From Auanema rhodensis (Eukaryota > Animalia > Nematoda), in contig CAXKVF010000072.1 of NCBI GenBank assembly GCA_964057225.1, positions 372,001 to 436,000 on the forward strand: a stretch of 64,000 nucleotides of DNA, given 5' to 3'. Shown here one piece after another: positions 10,501 through 25,500 of this stretch (positions within the stretch are counted from its first letter, which is position 1; every line of letters begins with the position of its first letter). Under the pieces are notes generated by a model, which searched no databases, was not told the origin of the DNA, and saw only the letters and a program-made list of their open reading frames with translations. A program made the position numbers and the translations under genes.

Positions 10501-13500
10501 CTTTATCTTTCACGTGAAGCGAGTTACATACCAAGTGCACATCACGTGTACATTTAATTAGCATAAATTAAAGTTCACGTAAATTTCAAAGTCATGGTTA
10601 CCATGCACCAATATCAATAAAAATTTGTTTTTAGACTAATATGGACATGGGGAATCTAATTTTGAAAACCGCATCTCTTTATCTTTCACGTGAAGCGAGT
10701 TACATACCAAGTGCACATCACGTGTACATTTAATTAGCATAAATTAAAGTTCACGTAAATTTCAAAGTCATGGTTACCACGCACCAATATCAATAAAAAT
10801 TTGTTTTTCGACTAATATGGACATGGGGAATCTAATTTTGAAAACCGCATCTCTTTATCTTTCACGTGAAGCGAGTTACATACCAAGTGCACATCACGTG
10901 TACATTTAATTAGCATAAATTAAAGTTCACGTAAATTTCAAAGTCATGGTTACCATGAACCAATATCAATAAAAATTTGTTTTTAGACTAATATGGACAA
11001 GGGGAATCTAATTTTGAAAACCGCATCTCTTTATCTTTCACGTGAAGCGAGTTACATACCAAGTGCACATCACGTGTACATTTAATTAGCATAAATTAAA
11101 GTTCACGTAAATTTCAAAGTCATGGTTACCATGCACCAATATCAATAAAAATTTGTTTTTAGACTAATATGGACATGGGGAATCTAATTTTGGAAACCGC
11201 ATCTCTTCATCTTTCACGTGAAGCGAGTTACATACCAAGTGCACATCACGTGTACATTTAATTAGCATAAATTAAAGTTCACGTAAATTTCAAAGTCATG
11301 GTTACCATGCACCAATATCAATAAAAATTTGTTTTTAGACTAATATGGACATGGGGAATCTAATTTTGAAAACCGCATCTCTTTATCTTTCACGTGAAGC
11401 GAGTTACATACCAAGTGCACATCACGTGTACATTTAATTAGCATAAATTAAAGTTCACGTAAATTTCAAAGTCATGGTTACCATGCACCAATATCAATAA
11501 AAATTTGTTTTTAGACTAATATGGACATGGGGAATCTAATTTTGGAAACCGCATCTCTTCATCTTTCACGTGAAGCGAGTTACATACCAAGTGCACATCA
11601 CGTGTACATTTAATTAGCATAAATTAAAGTTCACGTAAATTTCAAAGTCATGGTTACCATGCACCAATATCAATAAAAATTTGTTTTTAGACTAATATGG
11701 ACATGGGGAATCTAATTTTGAAAACCGCATCTCTTTATCTTTCACGTGAAGCGAGTTACATACCAAGTGCACATCACGTGTACATTTAATTAGCATAAAT
11801 TAAAGTTCACGTAAATTTCAAAGTCATGGTTACCATGAACCAATATCAATAAAAATTTGTTTTTAGACTAATATGGACATGGGGAATCTAATTTTGAAAA
11901 CCGCATCTCTTTATCTTTCACGTGAAGCAAGTTACATACCAAGTGCACATCACGTGTACATTTAATTAGCATAAATTAAAGTTCACGTAAATTTCAAAGT
12001 CATAGTTACCATGCACCAATATCAATAAAAATTTGTTTTTAGACTAATATGGACATGGGGAATCTAATTTTGAAAACCGCATCTCTTTATCTTTCACGTG
12101 AAGCGAGTTACATACCAAGTGCACATCACGTGTACATTTAATTAGCATAAATTAAAGTTCACGTAAATTTCAAAGTCATGGTTACCATGCACCAATATCA
12201 ATAAAAATTTGTTTTTAGACTAATATGGACATGGGGAATCTAATTTTGAAAACCGCATCTCTTTATCTTTCACGTGAAGCGAGTTACATACCAAGTGCAC
12301 ATCACGTGTACATTTAATTAGCATAAATTAAAGTTCACGTAAATTTCAAAGTCATGGTTACCATGCACCAATATCAATAAAAATTTGTTTTTAGACTAAT
12401 ATGGACATGGGGAATCTAATTTTGAAAACCGCATCTCTTTATCTTTCACGTGAAGCGAGTTACATACCAAGTGCACATCACGTGTACATTTAATTAGCAT
12501 AAATTAAAGTTCACGTAAATTTCAAAGTCATGGTTACCATGAACCAATATCAATAAAAATTTGTTTTTAGACTAATATGGACAAGGGGAATCTAATTTTG
12601 AAAACCGCATCTCTTTATCTTTCACGTGAAGCGAGTTACATACCAAGTGCACATCACGTGTACATTTAATTAGCATAAATTAAAGTTCACGTAAATTTCA
12701 AAGTCATGGTTACCATGCACCAATATCAATAAAAATTTGTTTTTAGACTAATATGGACATGGGGAATCTAATTTTGAAAACCGCATCTCTTCATCTTTCA
12801 CGTGAAGCGAGTTACATACCAAGTGCACATCACGTGTACATTTAATTAGCATAAATTAAAGTTCACGTAAATTTCAAAGTCATGGTTACCATGCACCAAT
12901 ATCAATAAAAATTTGTTTTTAGACTAATATGGACATGGGGAATCTAATTTTGAAAACCGCATCTCTTTATCTTTCACGTGAAGCGAGTTACATACCAAGT
13001 GCACATCACGTGTACATTTAATTAGCATAAATTAAAGTTCACGTAAATTTCAAAGTCATGGTTACCATGAACCAATATCAATAAAAATTTGTTTTTAGAC
13101 TAATATGGACATGGGGAATCTAATTTTGAAAACCGCATCTGTTTATCTTTCACGTGAAGCAAGTTACATACCAAGTGCACATCACGTGTACATTTAATTA
13201 GCATAAATTAAAGTTCACGTAAATTTCAAAGTCATAGTTACCATGCACCAATATCAATAAAAATTTGTTTTTAGACTAATATGGACATGGGGAATCTAAT
13301 TTTGAAAACCGCATCTCTTTATCTTTCACGTGAAGCGAGTTACATACCAAGTGCACATCACGTGTACATTTAATTAGCATAAATTAAAGTTCACGTAAAT
13401 TTCAAAGTCATGGTTACCATGCACCAATATCAATAAAAATTTGTTTTTAGACTAATATGGACATGGGGAATCTAATTTTGAAAACCGCATCTCTTTATCT

Positions 13501-13552
13501 TTCACGTGAAGCGAGTTACATACCAAGTGCACATCACGTGTACATTTAACTA
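7569..13552 (+). repeat. Dispersed 12-monomer block duplication: 7569-9680 and 11441-13552 (offset 22 monomers)
   Basis: Same ordered variants in both blocks: A105G+T120C, cons, C46A+G137A, G36A, cons, cons, C46A+T88A, T120C, cons, C46A+C117G+G137A, G36A, T174C. Confidence 0.85.
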
Positions 13553-16500
13553 GCATAAATTAAAGTTCACGTAAATTTCAAAGTCATGGTTACCATGCAC
13601 CAATATCAATAAAAATTTGTTTTTAGACTAATATGGACATGGGGAATCTAATTTTGAAAACCGCATCACTTTATCTTTCACGTGAAGCGAGTTACATACC
13701 AAGTGCACATCACGTGTACATTTAATTAGCATAAATTAAAGTTCACGTAAATTTCAAAGTCATGGTTACCATGCACCAATATCAATAAAAATTTGTTTTT
13801 AGACTAATATGGACATGTGGAATCTAATTTTGAAAACCGCATCTCTTTATTTTTCACGTGAAGCGAGTTACATACCAAGTGCACATCACGTGTACATTTA
13901 ATTAGCATAAATTAAAGTTCACGTAAATTTCAAAGTCATGGTTACCATGAACCAATATCAATAAAAATTTGTTTTTAGACTAATATGGACATGGGGAATC
14001 TAATTTTGAAAACCGCATCTCTTTATCTTTCACGTGAAGCGAGTTACATACCAAGTGCACATCACGTGTACATTTAATTAGCATAAATTAAAGTTCACGT
14101 AAATTTCAAAGTCATGGTTACCATGCACCAATATCAATAAAAATTTGTTTTTAGACTAATATGGACATGGGGAATCTAATTTTGAAAACCGCATCTCTTT
14201 ATCTTTCACGTGAAGCAAGTTACATACCAAGTGCACATCACGTGTACATTTAATTAGCATAAATTAAAGTTCACGTAAATTTCAAAGTCATAGTTACCAT
14301 GCACCAATATCAATAAAAATTTGTTTTTAGACTAATATGGACATGGGGAATCTAATTTTGAAAACCGCATCTCTTTATCTTTCACGTGAAGCGAGTTACA
14401 TACCAAGTGCACATCACGTGTACATTTAATTAGCATAAATTAAAGTTCACGTAAATTTCAAAGTCATGGTTACCATGCACCAATATCAATAAAAATTTGT
14501 TTTTAGACTAATATGGACATGGGGAATCTAATTTTGGAAACCGCATCTCTTCATCTTTCACGTGAAGCGAGTTACATACCAAGTGCACATCACGTGTACA
14601 TTTAATTAGCATAAATTAAAGTTCACGTAAATTTCAAAGTCATGGTTACCATGCACCAATATCAATAAAAATTTGTTTTTAGACTAATATGGACATGGGG
14701 AATCTAATTTTGAAAACCGCATCTCTTTATCTTTCACGTGAAGCGAGTTACATACCAAGTGCACATCACGTGTACATTTAATTAGCATAAATTAAAGTTC
14801 ACGTAAATTTCAAAGTCATGGTTACCATGAACCAATATCAATAAAAATTTGTTTTTAGACTAATATGGACATGGGGAATCTAATTTTGAAAACCGCATCT
14901 CTTTATCTTTCACGTGAAGCAAGTTACATACCAAGTGCACATCACGTGTACATTTAATTAGCATAAATTAAAGTTCACGTAAATTTCAAAGTCATAGTTA
15001 CCATGCACCAATATCAATAAAAATTTGTTTTTAGACTAATATGGACATGGGGAATCTAATTTTGAAAACCGCATCTCTTTATCTTTCACGTGAAGCGAGT
15101 AACATACCAAGTGCACATCACGTGTACATTTAATTAGCATAAATTAAAGTTCACGTAAATTTCAAAGTCATGGTTACCATGCACCAATATCAATAAAAAT
15201 TTGTTTTTAGACTAATATGGACATGGGGAATCTAATTTTGAAAACCGCATCTCTTTATCTTTCACGTGAAGCGAGTTACATACCAAGTGCACATCACGTG
15301 TACATTTAATTAGCATAAATTAAAGTTCACGTAAATTTCAAAGTCATGGTTACCATGCACCAATATCAATAAAAATTTGTTTTTAGACTAATATGGACAT
15401 GGGGAATCTAATTTTGAAAACCGCATCTCTTTATCTTTCACGTGAAGCGAGTTACATACCAAGTGCACATCACGTGTACATTTAATTAGCATAAATTAAA
15501 GTTCACGTAAATTTCAAAGTCATGGTTACCATGAACCAATATCAATAAAAATTTGTTTTTAGACTAATATGGACAAGGGGAATCTAATTTTGAAAACCGC
15601 ATCTCTTTATCTTTCACGTGAAGCGAGTTACATACCAAGTGCACATCACGTGTACATTTAATTAGCATAAATTAAAGTTCACATAAATTTCAAAGTCATG
15701 GTTACCATGCACCAATATCAATAAAAATTTGTTTTTAGACTAATATGGACATGGGGAATCTAATTTTGAAAACCGCATCTCTTCATCTTTCACGTGAAGC
15801 GAGTTACATACCAAGTGCACATCACGTGTACATTTAATTAGCATAAATTAAAGTTCACGTAAATTTCAAAGTCATGGTTACCATGCACCAATATCAATAA
15901 AAATTTGTTTTTAGACTAATATGGACATGGGGAATCTAATTTTGGAAACCGCATCTCTTTATCTTTCACGTGAAGCGAGTTACATACCAAGTGCATATCA
16001 CGTGTACATTTAATTAGCATAAATTAAAGTTCACGTAAATTTCAAAGTCATGGTTACCATGCACCAATATCAATAAAAATTTGTTTTTAGACTAATATGG
16101 ACATGGGGAATCTAATTTTGAAAACCGCATCTCTTTATCTTTCACGTGAAGCGAGTTACATACCAAGTGCACATCACGTGTACATTTAATTAGCATAAAT
16201 TAAAGTTCACGTAAATTTCAAAGTCATGGTTACCACGCACCAATATCAATAAAAATTTGTTTTTAGACTAATATGGACATGGGGAATCTAATTTTGAAAA
16301 CCGCATCTCTTTATCTTTCACGTGAAGCGAGTTACATACCAAGTGCACATCACGTGTACATTTAATTAGCATAAATTAAAGTTCACGTAAATTTCAAAGT
16401 CATGGTCACCATGAACCAATATCAATAAAAATTTGTTTTTAGACTAATATGGACAAGGGGAATCTAATTTTGAAAACCGCATCTCTTTATCTTTCACGTG

Positions 16501-19500
16501 AAGCGAGTTACATACCAAGTGCACATCACGTGTACATTTAATTAGCATAAATTAAAGTTCACGTAAATTTCAAAGTCATGGTTACCATGCACCAATATCA
16601 ATAAAAATTTGTTTTTAGACTAATATGGACATGGGGAATCTAATTTTGGAAACCGCATCTCTTCATCTTTCACGTGAAGCGAGTTACATACCAAGTGCAC
16701 ATCACGTGTACATTTAATTAGCATAAATTAAAGTTCACGTAAATTTCAAAGTCATGGTTACCATGCACCAATATCAATAAAAATTTGTTTTTAGACTAAT
16801 ATGGACATGGGGAATCTAATTTTGAAAACCACATCTCTTTATCTTTCACGTGAAGCGAGTTACATACCAAGTGCACATCACGTGTACATTTAATTAGCAT
16901 AAATTAAAGTTCACGTAAATTTCAAAGTCATGGTTACCATGAACCAATATCAATAAAAATTTGTTTTTAGACTAATATGGACATGGGGAATCTAATTTTG
17001 AAAACCGCATCTCTTTATCTTTCACGTGAAGCAAGTTACATACCAAGTGCACATCACGTGTACATTTAATTAGCATAAATTAAAGTTCACGTAAATTTCA
17101 AAGTCATGGTTACCATGCACCAATATCAATAAAAATTTGTTTTTAGACTAATATGGACATGGGGAATCTAATTTTGAAAACCGCATCTCTTTATCTTTCA
17201 CGTGAAGCGAGTTACATACCAAGTGCACATCACGTGTACATTTAATTAGCATAAATTAAAGTTCACGTAAATTTCAAAGTCATGGTTACCATGCACCAAT
17301 ATCAATAAAAATTTGTTTTTAGACTAATATGGACATGGGGAATCTAATTTTGAAAACCGCATCTCTTTATCTTTCACGTGAAGCGAGTTACATACCAAGT
17401 GCACATCACGTGTACATTTAATTAGCATAAATTAAAGTTCACGTAAATTTCAAAGTCATGGTTACCATGAACCAATATCAATAAAAATTTGTTTTTAGAC
17501 TAATATGGACAAGGGGAATCTAATTTTGAAAACCGCATCTCTTTATCTTTCACGTGAAGCGAGTTACATACCGAGTGCACATCACGTGTACATTTAATTA
17601 GCATAAATTAAAGTTCACGTAAATTTCAAAGTCATGGTTACCATGCACCAATATCAATAAAAATTTGTTTTGAGACTAATATGGACATGGGGAATCTAAT
17701 TTTGAAAACCGCATCTCTTCATCTTTCACGTGAAGCGAGTTACATACCAAGTGCACATCACGTGTACATTTAATTAGCATAAATTAAAGTTCACGTAAAT
17801 TTCAAAGTCATGGTTACCATGCACCAATATCAATAAAAATTTGTTTTTAGACTAATATGGACATGGGGAATCTAATTTTGAAAACCGCATCTCTTTATCT
17901 TTCACGTGAAGCGAGTTACATACCAAGTGCACATCACGTGTACATTTAATTAGCATAAATTAAAGTTCACGTAAATTTCAAAGTCATAGTTACCATGCAC
18001 CAATATCAATAAAAATTTGTTTTTAGACTAATATGGACATGGGGAATCTAATTTTGAAAACCGCATCTCTTTATCTTTCACGTGAAGCGAGTTACATACC
18101 AAGTGCACATCACGTGTACATTTAATTAGCATAAATTAAAGTTCACGTAAATTTCAAAGTCATGGTTACCATGCACCAATATCAATAAAAATTTGTTTTT
18201 AGACTAATATGGACATGGGGAATCTAATTTTGAAAACCGCATCTCTTTATCTTTCACGTGAAGCGAGTTACATACCAAGTGCACATCACGTGTACATTTA
18301 ATTAGCATAAATTAAAGTTCACGTAAATTTCAAACTCATGGTTACCATGCACCAATATCAATAAAAATTTGTTTTTAGACTAATATGGACATGGGGAATC
18401 TAATTTTGAAAACCGCATCTCTTTATCTTTCACGTGAAGCGAGTTACATACCAAGTGCACATCACGTGTACATTTAATTAGCATAAATTAAAGTTCACGT
18501 AAATTTCAAAGTCATGGTTACCATGCACCAATATCAATAAAAATTTGTTTTTAGACTAATATGGACATGGGGAATCTAATTTTGAAAACCGCATCTCTTT
18601 ATCTTTCACGTGAAGCGAGTTACATACCAAGTGCACATCACGTGTACATTTAATTAGCATAAATTAAAGTTCACGTAAATTTCAAAGTCATGGTTACCAT
18701 GAACCAATATCAATAAAAATTTGTTTTTAGACTAATATGGACATGGGGAATCTAATTTTGAAAACCGCATCTCTTTATCTTTCACGTGAAGCAAGTTACA
18801 TACCAAGTGCACATCACGTGTACATTTAATTAGCATAAATTAAAGTTCACGTAAATTTCAAAGTCATAGTTACCATGCACCAATATCAATAAAAATTTGT
18901 TTTTAGACTAATATGGACATGGGGAATCTAATTTTGAAAACCGCATCTCTTTATCTTTCACGTGAAGCGAGTTACATACCAAGTGCACATCACGTGTACA
19001 TTTAATTAGCATAAATTAAAGTTCACGTAAATTTCAAAGTCATGGTTACCATGCACCAATATCAATAAAAATTTGTTTTTAGACTAATATGGACATGGGG
19101 AATCTAATTTTGAAAACCGCATCTCTTTATCTTTCACGTGAAGCGAGTTACATACCAAGTGCACATCACGTGTACATTTAATTAGCATAAATTAAAGTTC
19201 ACGTAAATTTCAAAGTCATGGTTACCATGCACCAATATCAATAAAAATTTGTTTTTAGACTAATATGGACATGGGGAATCTAATTTTGAAAACCGCATCT
19301 CTTTATCTTTCACGTGAAGCGAGTTACATACCAAGTGCACATCACGTGTACATTTAATTAGCATAAATTAAAGTTCACGTAAATTTCAAAGTCATGGTTA
19401 CCACGCACCAATATCAATAAAAATTTGTTTTTAGACTAATATGGACATGGGGAATCTAATTTTGAAAACCGCATCTCTTTATCTTTCACGTGAAGCGAGT

Positions 19501-22500
19501 TACATACCAAGTGCACATCACGTGTACATTTAATTAGCATAAATTAAAGTTCACGTAAATTTCAAAGTCATGGTTACCATGAACCAATATCAATAAAAAT
19601 TTGTTTTTAGACTAATATGGACAAGGGGAATCTAATTTTGAAAACCGCATCTCTTTATCTTTCACGTGAAGCGAGTTACATACCAAGTGCACATCACGTG
19701 TACATTTAATTAGCATAAATTAAAGTTCACGTAAATTTCAAAGTCATGGTTACCATGCACCAATATCAATAAAAATTTGTTTTTAGACTAATATGGACAT
19801 GGGGAATCTAATTTTGGAAACCGCATCTCTTCATCTTTCACGTGAAGCGAGTTACATACCAAGTGCACATCACGTGTACATTTAATTAGCATAAATTAAA
19901 GTTCACGTAAATTTCAAAGTCATGGTTACCATGCACCAATATCAATAAAAATTTGTTTTTAGACTAATATGGACATGGGGAATCTAATTTTGAAAACCGC
20001 ATCTCTTTATCTTTCACGTGAAGCGAGTTACATACCAAGTGCACATCACGTGTACATTTAATTAGCATAAATTAAAGTTCACGTAAATTTCAAAGTCATG
20101 GTTACCATGAACCAATATCAATAAAAATTTGTTTTTAGACTAATATGGACATGGGGAATCTAATTTTGAAAACCGCATCTCTTTATCTTTCACGTGAAGC
20201 AAGTTACATACCAAGTGCACATCACGTGTACATTTAATTAGCATAAATTAAAGTTCACGTAAATTTCAAAGTCATAGTTACCATGCACCAATATCAATAA
20301 AAATTTGTTTTTAGACTAATATGGACATGGGGAATCTAATTTTGAAAACCGCATCTCTTTATCTTTCACGTGAAGCGAGTTACATACCAAGTGCACATCA
20401 CGTGTACATTTAATTAGCATAAATTAAAGTTCACGTAAATTTCAAAGTCATGGTTACCATGCACCAATATCAATAAAAATTTGTTTTTAGACTAATATGG
20501 ACATGGGGAATCTAATTTTGAAAACCGCATCTCTTTATCTTTCACGTGAAGCGAGTTACATACCAAGTGCACATCACGTGTACATTTAATTAGCATAAAT
20601 TAAAGTTCACGTAAATTTCAAAGTCATGGTTACCATGAACCAATATCAATAAAAATTTGTTTTTAGACTAATATGGACAAGGGGAATCTAATTTTGAAAA
20701 CCGCATCTCTTTATCTTTCACGTGAAGCGAGTTACATACCAAGTGCACATCACGTGTACATTTAATTAGCATAAATTAAAGTTCACGTAAATTTCAAAGT
20801 CATGGTTACCATGAACCAATATCAATAAAAATTTGTTTTTAGACTAATATGGACATGGGGAATCTAATTTTGGAAACCGCATCTCTTCATCTTTCACGTG
20901 AAGCGAGTTACATACCAAGTGCACATCACGTGTACATTTAATTAGCATAAATTAAAGTTCACGTAAATTTCAAAGTCATGGTTACCATGCACCAATATCA
21001 ATAAAAATTTGTTTTTAGACTAATATGGACATGGGGAATCTAATTTTGAAAACCGCATCTCTTTATCTTTCACGTGAAGCGAGTTACATACCAAGTGCAC
21101 ATCACGTGTACATTTAATTAGCATAAATTAAAGTTCACGTAAATTTCAAAGTCATGGTTACCATGAACCAATATCAATAAAAATTTGTTTTTAGACTAAT
21201 ATGGACATGGGGAATCTAATTTTGAAAACCGCATCTCTTTATCTTTCACGTGAAGCAAGTTACATACCAAGTGCACATCACGTGTACATTTAATTAGCAT
21301 AAATTAAAGTTCACGTAAATTTCAAAGTCATAGTTACCATGCACCAATATCAATAAAAATTTGTTTTTAGACTAATATGGACATGGGGAATCTAATTTTG
21401 AAAACCGCATCTCTTTATCTTTCACGTGAAGCGAGTTACATACCAAGTGCACATCACGTGTACATTTAATTAGCATAAATTAAAGTTCACGTAAATTTCA
21501 AAGTCATGGTTACCATGCACCAATATCAATAAAAATTTGTTTTTAGACTAATATGGACATGGGGAATCTAATTTTGAAAACCGCATCTCTTTATCTTTCA
21601 CGTGAAGCGAGTTACATACCAAGTGCACATCACGTGTACATTTAATTAGCATAAATTAAAGTTCACGTAAATTTCAAAGTCATGGTTACCATGCACCAAT
21701 ATCAATAAAAATTTGTTTTTAGACTAATATGGACATGGGGAATCTAATTTTGAAAACCGCATCTCTTTATCTTTCACGTGAAGCGAGTTACATACCAAGT
21801 GCACATCACGTGTACATTTAATTAGCATAAATTAAAGTTCACGTAAATTTCAAAGTCATGGTTACCATGAACCAATATCAATAAAAATTTGTTTTTAGAC
21901 TAATATGGACAAGGGGAATCTAATTTTGAAAACCGCATCTCTTTATCTTTCACGTGAAGCGAGTTACATACCAAGTGCACATCACGTGTACATTTAATTA
22001 GCATAAATTAAAGTTCACGTAAATTTCAAAGTCATGGTTACCATGCACCAATATCAATAAAAATTTGTTTTTAGACTAATATGGACATGGGGAATCTAAT
22101 TTTGAAAACCGCATCTCTTCATCTTTCACGTGAAGCGAGTTACATACCAAGTGCACATCACGTGTACATTTAATTAGCATAAATTAAAGTTCACGTAAAT
22201 TTCAAAGTCATGGTTACCATGCACCAATATCAATAAAAATTTGTTTTTAGACTAATATGGACATGGGGAATCTAATTTTGAAAACCGCATCTCTTTATCT
22301 TTCACGTGAAGCGAGTTACATACCAAGTGCACATCACGTGTACATTTAATTAGCATAAATTAAAGTTCACGTAAATTTCAAAGTCATGGTTACCATGCAC
22401 CAATATCAATAAAAATTTGTTTTTAGACTAATATGGACATGGGGAATCTAATTTTGAAAACCGCATCTCTTTATCTTTCACGTGAAGCAAGTTACATACC

Positions 22501-25500
22501 AAGTGCACATCACGTGTACATTTAATTAGCATAAATTAAAGTTCACGTAAATTTCAAAGTCATAGTTACCATGCACCAATATCAATAAAAATTTGTTTTT
22601 AGACTAATATGGACATGGGGAATCTAATTTTGAAAACCGCATCTCTTTATCTTTCACGTGAAGCGAGTTACATACCAAGTGCACATCACGTGTACATTTA
22701 ATTAGCATAAATTAAAGTTCACGTAAATTTCAAAGTCATGGTTACCATGCACCAATATCAATAAAAATTTGTTTTTAGACTAATATGGACATGGGGAATC
22801 TAATTTTGAAAACCGCATCTCTTTATCTTTCACGTGAAGCGAGTTACATACCAAGTGCTCATCACGTGTACATTTAATTAGCATAAATTAAAGTTCACGT
22901 AAATTTCAAAGTCATGGTTACCACGCACCAATATCAATAAAAATTTGTTTTTAGACTAATATGGACATGGGGAATCTAATTTTGAAAACCGCATCTCTTT
23001 ATCTTTCACGTGAAGCGAGTTACATACCAAGTGCACATCACGTGTACATTTAATTAGCATAAATTAAAGTTCACGTAAATTTCAAAGTCATGGTTACCAT
23101 GAACCAATATCAATAAAAATTTGTTTTTAGACTAATATGGACAAGGGGAATCTAATTTTGAAAACCGCATCTCTTTATCTTTCACGTGAAGCGAGTTACA
23201 TACCAAGTGCACATCACGTGTACATTTAATTAGCATAAATTAAAGTTCACGTAAATTTCAAAGTCATGGTTACCATGCACCAATATCAATAAAAATTTGT
23301 TTTTAGACTAATATGGACATGGGGAATCTAATTTTGAAAACCGCATCTCTTTATCTTTCACGTGAAGCGAGTTACATACCAAGTGCACATCACGTGTACA
23401 TTTAATTAGCATAAATTAAAGTTCACGTAAATTTCAAAGTCATGGTTACCATGCACCAATATCAATAAAAATTTGTTTTTAGACTAATATGGACATGGGG
23501 AATCTAATTTTGAAAACCGCATCTCTTCATCTTTCACGAGAAGCGAGTTACATACCAAGTGCACATCACGTGTACATTTAATTAGCATAAATTAAAGTTC
23601 ACGTAAATTTCAAAGTCATGGTTACCATGCACCAATATCAATAAAAATTTGTTTTTAGACTAATATGGACATGGGGAATCTAATTTTGAAAACCGCATCT
23701 CTTTATCTTTCACGTGAAGCGAGTTACATACCAAGTGCACATCACGTGTACATTTAATTAGCATAAATTAAAGTTCACGTAAATTTCAAAGTCATGGTTA
23801 CCATGAACCAATATCAATAAAAATTTGTTTTTAGACTAATATGGACATGGGGAATCTAATTTTGAAAACCGCATCTCTTTATCTTTCACGTGAAGCGAGT
23901 TACATACCAAGTGCACATCACGTGTACATTTAATTAGCATAAATTAAAGTTCACGTAAATTTCAAAGTCATGGTTACCATGCACCAATATCAATAAAAAT
24001 TTGTTTTTAGACTAATATGGACATGGGGAATCTAATTTTGAAAACCGCATCTCTTTATCTTTCACGTGAAGCAAGTTACATACCAAGTGCACATCACGTG
24101 TACATTTAATTAGCATAAATTAAAGTTCACGTAAATTTCAAAGTCATAGTTACCATGCACCAATATCAATAAAAATTTGTTTTTAGACTAATATGGACAT
24201 GGGGAATCTAATTTTGAAAACCGCATCTCTTTATCTTTCACGTGAAGCGAGTTACATACCAAGTGCACATCACGTGTACATTTAATTAGCATAAATTAAA
24301 GTTCACGTAAATTTCAAAGTCATGGTTACCATGCACCAATATCAATAAAAATTTGTTTTTAGACTAATATGGACATGGGGAATCTAATTTTGAAAACCGC
24401 ATCTCTTTATCTTTCACGTGAAGCGAGTTACATACCAAGTGCTCATCACGTGTACATTTAATTAGCATAAATTAAAGTTCACGTAAATTTCAAAGTCATG
24501 GTTACCATGCACCAATATCAATAAAAATTTGTTTTTAGACTAATATGGACTTGGGGAATCTAATTTTGAAAACCGCATCTCTTTATCTTTCACGTGAAGC
24601 GAGTTACATACCAAGTGCACATCACGTGTACATTTAATTAGCATAAATTAAAGTTCACGTAAATTTCAAAGTCATGGTTACCACGCACCAATATCAATAA
24701 AAATTTGTTTTTAGACTAATATGGACATGGGGAATCTAATTTTGAAAACCGCATCTCTTTATCTTTCACGTGAAGCGAGTTACATACCAAGTGCACATCA
24801 CGTGTACATTTAATTAGCATAAATTAAAGTTCACGTAAATTTCAAAGTCATGGTTACCATGAACCAATATCAATAAAAATTTGTTTTTAGACTAATATGG
24901 ACAAGGGGAATCTAATTTTGAAAATTGCATCTCTTTATCTTTCACGTGAAGCAAGTTACATACCAAGTGCACATCACGTGTACATTTAATTAGCATAAAT
25001 TAAAGTTCACGTAAATTTCAAAGTCATGGTTACCATGCACCAATATCAATAAAAATTTGTTTTTAGACTAATATGGACATGGGGAATCTAATTTTGAAAA
25101 CCGCATCTCTTTATCTTTCACGTGAAGCGAGTTACATACCAAGTGCACATCACGTGTACATTTAATTAGCATAAATTAAAGTTCACGTAAATTTCAAAGT
25201 CATGGTTACCATGAACCAATATCAATAAAAATTTGTTTTTAGACTAATATGGACAAGGGGAATCTAATTTTGAAAACCGCATCTCTTTATCTTTCACGTG
25301 AAGCGAGTTACATACCAAGTGCACATCACGTGTACATTTAATTAGCATAAATTAAAGTTCACGTAAATTTCAAAGTCATGGTTACCATGCACCAATATCA
25401 ATAAAAATTTGTTTTTAGACTAATATGGACATGGGGAATCTAATTTTGGAAACCGCATCTCTTCATCTTTCACGTGAAGCGAGTTACATACCAAGTGCAC